A DNA stretch of 64,000 bases, from contig NC_134026.1 of NCBI RefSeq assembly GCF_964204645.1, positions 1,821,950-1,885,949 of the forward strand. The letters run 5' to 3'. Origin of the DNA: Tubulanus polymorphus (Eukaryota; Animalia; Nemertea). Each line of letters begins with the position of its first letter. Within the stretch, counting starts at the first letter, position 1. Under the pieces are notes generated by a model. The model was not told where the DNA came from. It did no database searches and saw only the letters and a list, made by a program, of their open reading frames with translations. Positions 60,863 through 64,000 of the stretch are shown here, one piece after another. The translations under genes and the position numbers were made by a program.

Positions 60863-62199
60863 ATCGTATTGTTTTTTCTTAGATTTACAATTTTTCGGTC
60901 TCAAGTATGAGAATTGTATATAACAACAATTTGAGATGATTATTTAATCCTTTCCTGGGTGGTTTTGATATTTCCATTGCAACCATCTGAAAAGATTTTA
61001 AAGGTTGGCTAAAAGCGAGCGTTTCTACGGAACTTATTTTTTAAGTAAGTTTGTTACGTGTGCTTGGTGTATTCTAAGAACCATTATGCACATTGTTTTG
61101 TACAAAATCTTTGCAAGTAAATTAAAGTCTTATATCCCCTGTCTGTAAGTGGATTTTACACGGGTGCTTACGCGTAATCAAGGAACTTTAAGTTTCTGTA
61201 TATTAACGTATTTGCGTCACAGAACTCACAACGACACGGGGATATTTCTATTTTGAGAAACACGGCAACTCTATCATTTGCTTTCGTCGCAAACACGTCA
61301 TCGGCTACTCAGCGTGATTAACCGATAAGGCGAAAGGAGCTCTAACGCCAAAAGCTTTCTATTCGGGTTCTATTCGAAACGAACATTAACGCAATGCAAT
61401 ATAGTATATCATATAATGACACATATTCAGTAAATTCTCTTACCTGTCGTTGTAAAACCAGTAACGCGCCAACAACCGAACCGAATTCATATATGACAGT
61501 ACAGGCACATGGCAACTCTGTGGCGTCAGAGTGTTTATGTTAGCGTTGATTCGCTGACCGGTTTCCCGCGACTTTCTATTCAACCGTCGCCTCCGCGAAT
61601 CCAATAATCGAATCGAACGAATCAATCACCCCCGACTACAGCCAATGATCATCACAACACAACCAAAGGCGCTTTTGTTTTTCATTTTACAGCGGCTGCT
61701 TGGTGATAATCGAAATCACCTGCAAGTCTTCCATCCCCACTTGGCGCGCTTTTGTCCTGCGAAAACAGCGTCATTATTGAAAAATAAAACAAAACAAATT
61801 ATTCTAATCTAAATAAAACCTTGTTAGAATCCGTTCAGATGAAATTTTGCAAATTCCATAAAGGCCACTGTGGCTGCTTCTTGGGGAATATCAGCCTTAT
61901 GAAGAAAGTGAGTTAAATGCGTTTTTCTTAAATTCGTATAAGCGAATCGGGCCTTGTGATCATTAATGCATTTATAATAAGCGAGGTGGCGTCTTGTGCA
62001 TGCACGATTTCTGAACATGAGCGAACCTTAAATCAACAAAAACCAGTACGCACACCAATTGTGATTAATAAAGGCCAAGTGGGACAACATATTTATTCTA
62101 CCCAAAACAGGTTGGGTGGTTATAAGTGTTAAATGTATAAATAGAGAAGTGAATATGAAATACGGTATCAGTATATATGTGCCATTATAAATTTGGAAT

Positions 62200-63924
62200 A
62201 TGGCGCAGAAATCAGAAAATTCGCCGACGCTGCTGTGGCTTGGATCTTCGGTTTATTTGAAGGATTATAGAGCTAATTACAACACTCCGAATATCGTTAA
62301 AGTTACGAAAGGCGAATATCTTCATTTGGGAACAAAGGATGAAGCCAATTCGTCGAACCCGAACAGACAAGATGAAGCTTATCTTCACAAGGTGCAGAGA
62401 ATATCGAAAGTGTTGGCGGTTAATATGAAACATAGTCACGACGCGATGAAGATAGTGCAAACTAACCAGAAATTAGCGATACCGGTATCTTATCGAGGTT
62501 GGTTCGAAGCTCTTTCCGAAGAAGGACGACAAATTCGACCTATCAGATCAATTACTGAACTAATTCGAGTCTCGCCTCATACATGTCTCGTCCGCGAAGA
62601 TATCCGCGGTTATACTTGTAAGGATAACGGTGAAATATCGTTGGATCATTATCGCATCGTGAAAGCAGGTGAAACTCTGACTCTGTTCGGAGTGATAAAC
62701 GCGACAGCAAATAAACAAAAGCAAACGACACAAATTCGTTTTTTGCGCTGCTTGGACGAAAATGGACAAACTGTTCAGTTCAGTGCCGAACAAAAGGGTA
62801 CGTTTAGTCCAGTGGCCGCTCGTAATATAAGCGGTGTACATAATATCAAGAGTATCATATCGAACTTTCGTTTGCCCGTGACTGTGCATTTGGCGTACGG
62901 GCCTCGTCCCCGAACTGGTGATAAAATCAAATTCAGCGGTATTGTGCGTTTATTGTATGTTTATGATGAAGAAATTGCGTTCACGTGTTCATTAACGGGC
63001 AATGAAAGAATGCTGCCGATTCCGACTCACGTACCCTTGAAGATTTTGCCGTCTGCAAATTTCGAAGAGATCAAGAATTCGCCCGAAATGAGACAGGTGA
63101 ATACGAGATGCGGTAAAATGGCCCAAAGTTACTTGAACAGCATTCATGTTTTGTACGACGTAGCTGTTGATTTGCCCGAAGAGGCCCCAAAACAGAATCA
63201 TCCCGCAATCCGACAACCACAGAGTCCACAGCCTCCCGAACCAGAAATCCCGGATAAAGTTACTCAACTGCCTAAAGACGAAGAAGACCAACTTTTCGAC
63301 GAGGTTGAAGATATCTATCTGTACGTAGTGCGTTACGGTATCAAACCACCCGAAGGCCTCGTTAAGAGACATAACTGGTCTGAACATGACAATTGGGAAG
63401 AGCCTATTTATCAAACGCTTCATAAAAAACCAAAAAACAAAGACAAAGACCAACCGCAAAAACTACAAAAATCTATGGAATCTGGAGGACATAACAAGGT
63501 CTTTCGTTTTCATCGACCGAAACAGGATACTGCAGAACCTGTCTGTACAGTAATACACATGAGTAAAGAAGAGAAATTCGATCAGGTTGATTCATTAGGT
63601 GATATACCATTAATGATACCTCAACAACCACCACCATTACCGGCTCGAAAATACGAACGATCGCACAGTGTCGGAGATATCGTCGAACCTTCACCACTCG
63701 ACCGTAAACAAAAGCCAAACGCGGATGTTTCTAGGCGCAAATCCAACCCTGCCATCTTCCGTATATTCGGAGCGAAAAAGAAAACGAAATTGAAAACTAT
63801 AAAAGCGTCCTCGCATGATAGCAGTGACGGCAGTAGTAGCCCTCAGAGTCCGGGTGGTTCAGGAGACAGCGATGAGAAGGTTCAAAAGGTCCGCAGAAAC
63901 AGTAGAGTGAATATGTACTTATAG
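62200..63924 (+). CDS. Intronless 574-aa CABIT-domain adaptor protein (GAREM/THEMIS-like)
   Basis: N-terminal beta-rich region with VKVTKGEY, LAIPVSYRGWFE, GETLTL, FLRCLD...GTFSP and FRLPVTV, resembling the CABIT pattern. Disordered tail with Tyr motifs (EDIYLYV, EPIYQTL) and PPPLPARK. Recognised from memory, no HMM run. Confidence 0.7.
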   Translation: MAQKSENSPTLLWLGSSVYLKDYRANYNTPNIVKVTKGEYLHLGTKDEANSSNPNRQDEAYLHKVQRISKVLAVNMKHSHDAMKIVQTNQKLAIPVSYRGWFEALSEEGRQIRPIRSITELIRVSPHTCLVREDIRGYTCKDNGEISLDHYRIVKAGETLTLFGVINATANKQKQTTQIRFLRCLDENGQTVQFSAEQKGTFSPVAARNISGVHNIKSIISNFRLPVTVHLAYGPRPRTGDKIKFSGIVRLLYVYDEEIAFTCSLTGNERMLPIPTHVPLKILPSANFEEIKNSPEMRQVNTRCGKMAQSYLNSIHVLYDVAVDLPEEAPKQNHPAIRQPQSPQPPEPEIPDKVTQLPKDEEDQLFDEVEDIYLYVVRYGIKPPEGLVKRHNWSEHDNWEEPIYQTLHKKPKNKDKDQPQKLQKSMESGGHNKVFRFHRPKQDTAEPVCTVIHMSKEEKFDQVDSLGDIPLMIPQQPPPLPARKYERSHSVGDIVEPSPLDRKQKPNADVSRRKSNPAIFRIFGAKKKTKLKTIKASSHDSSDGSSSPQSPGGSGDSDEKVQKVRRNSRVNMYL

Positions 63925-64000
63925 GATCATTTCGGATTTCTTCATTATTTTTCATTTTCGATGATATTCGTCGTGAAAACATACGCAAATAGGTTGCTTC

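Overview
This is AT-rich, intron-dense eukaryotic DNA from an invertebrate animal, probably spiralian/lophotrochozoan (inferred from gene content and short GT-AG introns). It is not prokaryotic, so most ORFs in the supplied track are exon fragments or noise. Seven protein-coding genes can be reconstructed by hand. On the minus strand: the first coding exon of RNF220, SARAF/TMEM66, an RNF14-like RWD-RBR E3 ligase, KANK (with a 4.6-kb exon) and a 25-kb PDE10-type GAF-GAF phosphodiesterase. On the plus strand: NDUFA11 and an intronless CABIT-domain (GAREM/THEMIS-like) adaptor. The most striking feature is in the PDE gene. It carries four separate clusters of tandemly duplicated, equal-length, equal-phase exons: three copies at the GAF-A C-terminal helix, two in GAF-B, two at the metal-binding HD motif and two at the substrate pocket. 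It also has alternative N-termini (one starting MGQC) and candidate microexons. This looks like a modular, mutually exclusive splicing system giving at least 24 core variants from one gene. Several MITEs and a foldback element built from palindromic 21-bp units are also present. All exon boundaries were read by eye and need RNA-seq confirmation.
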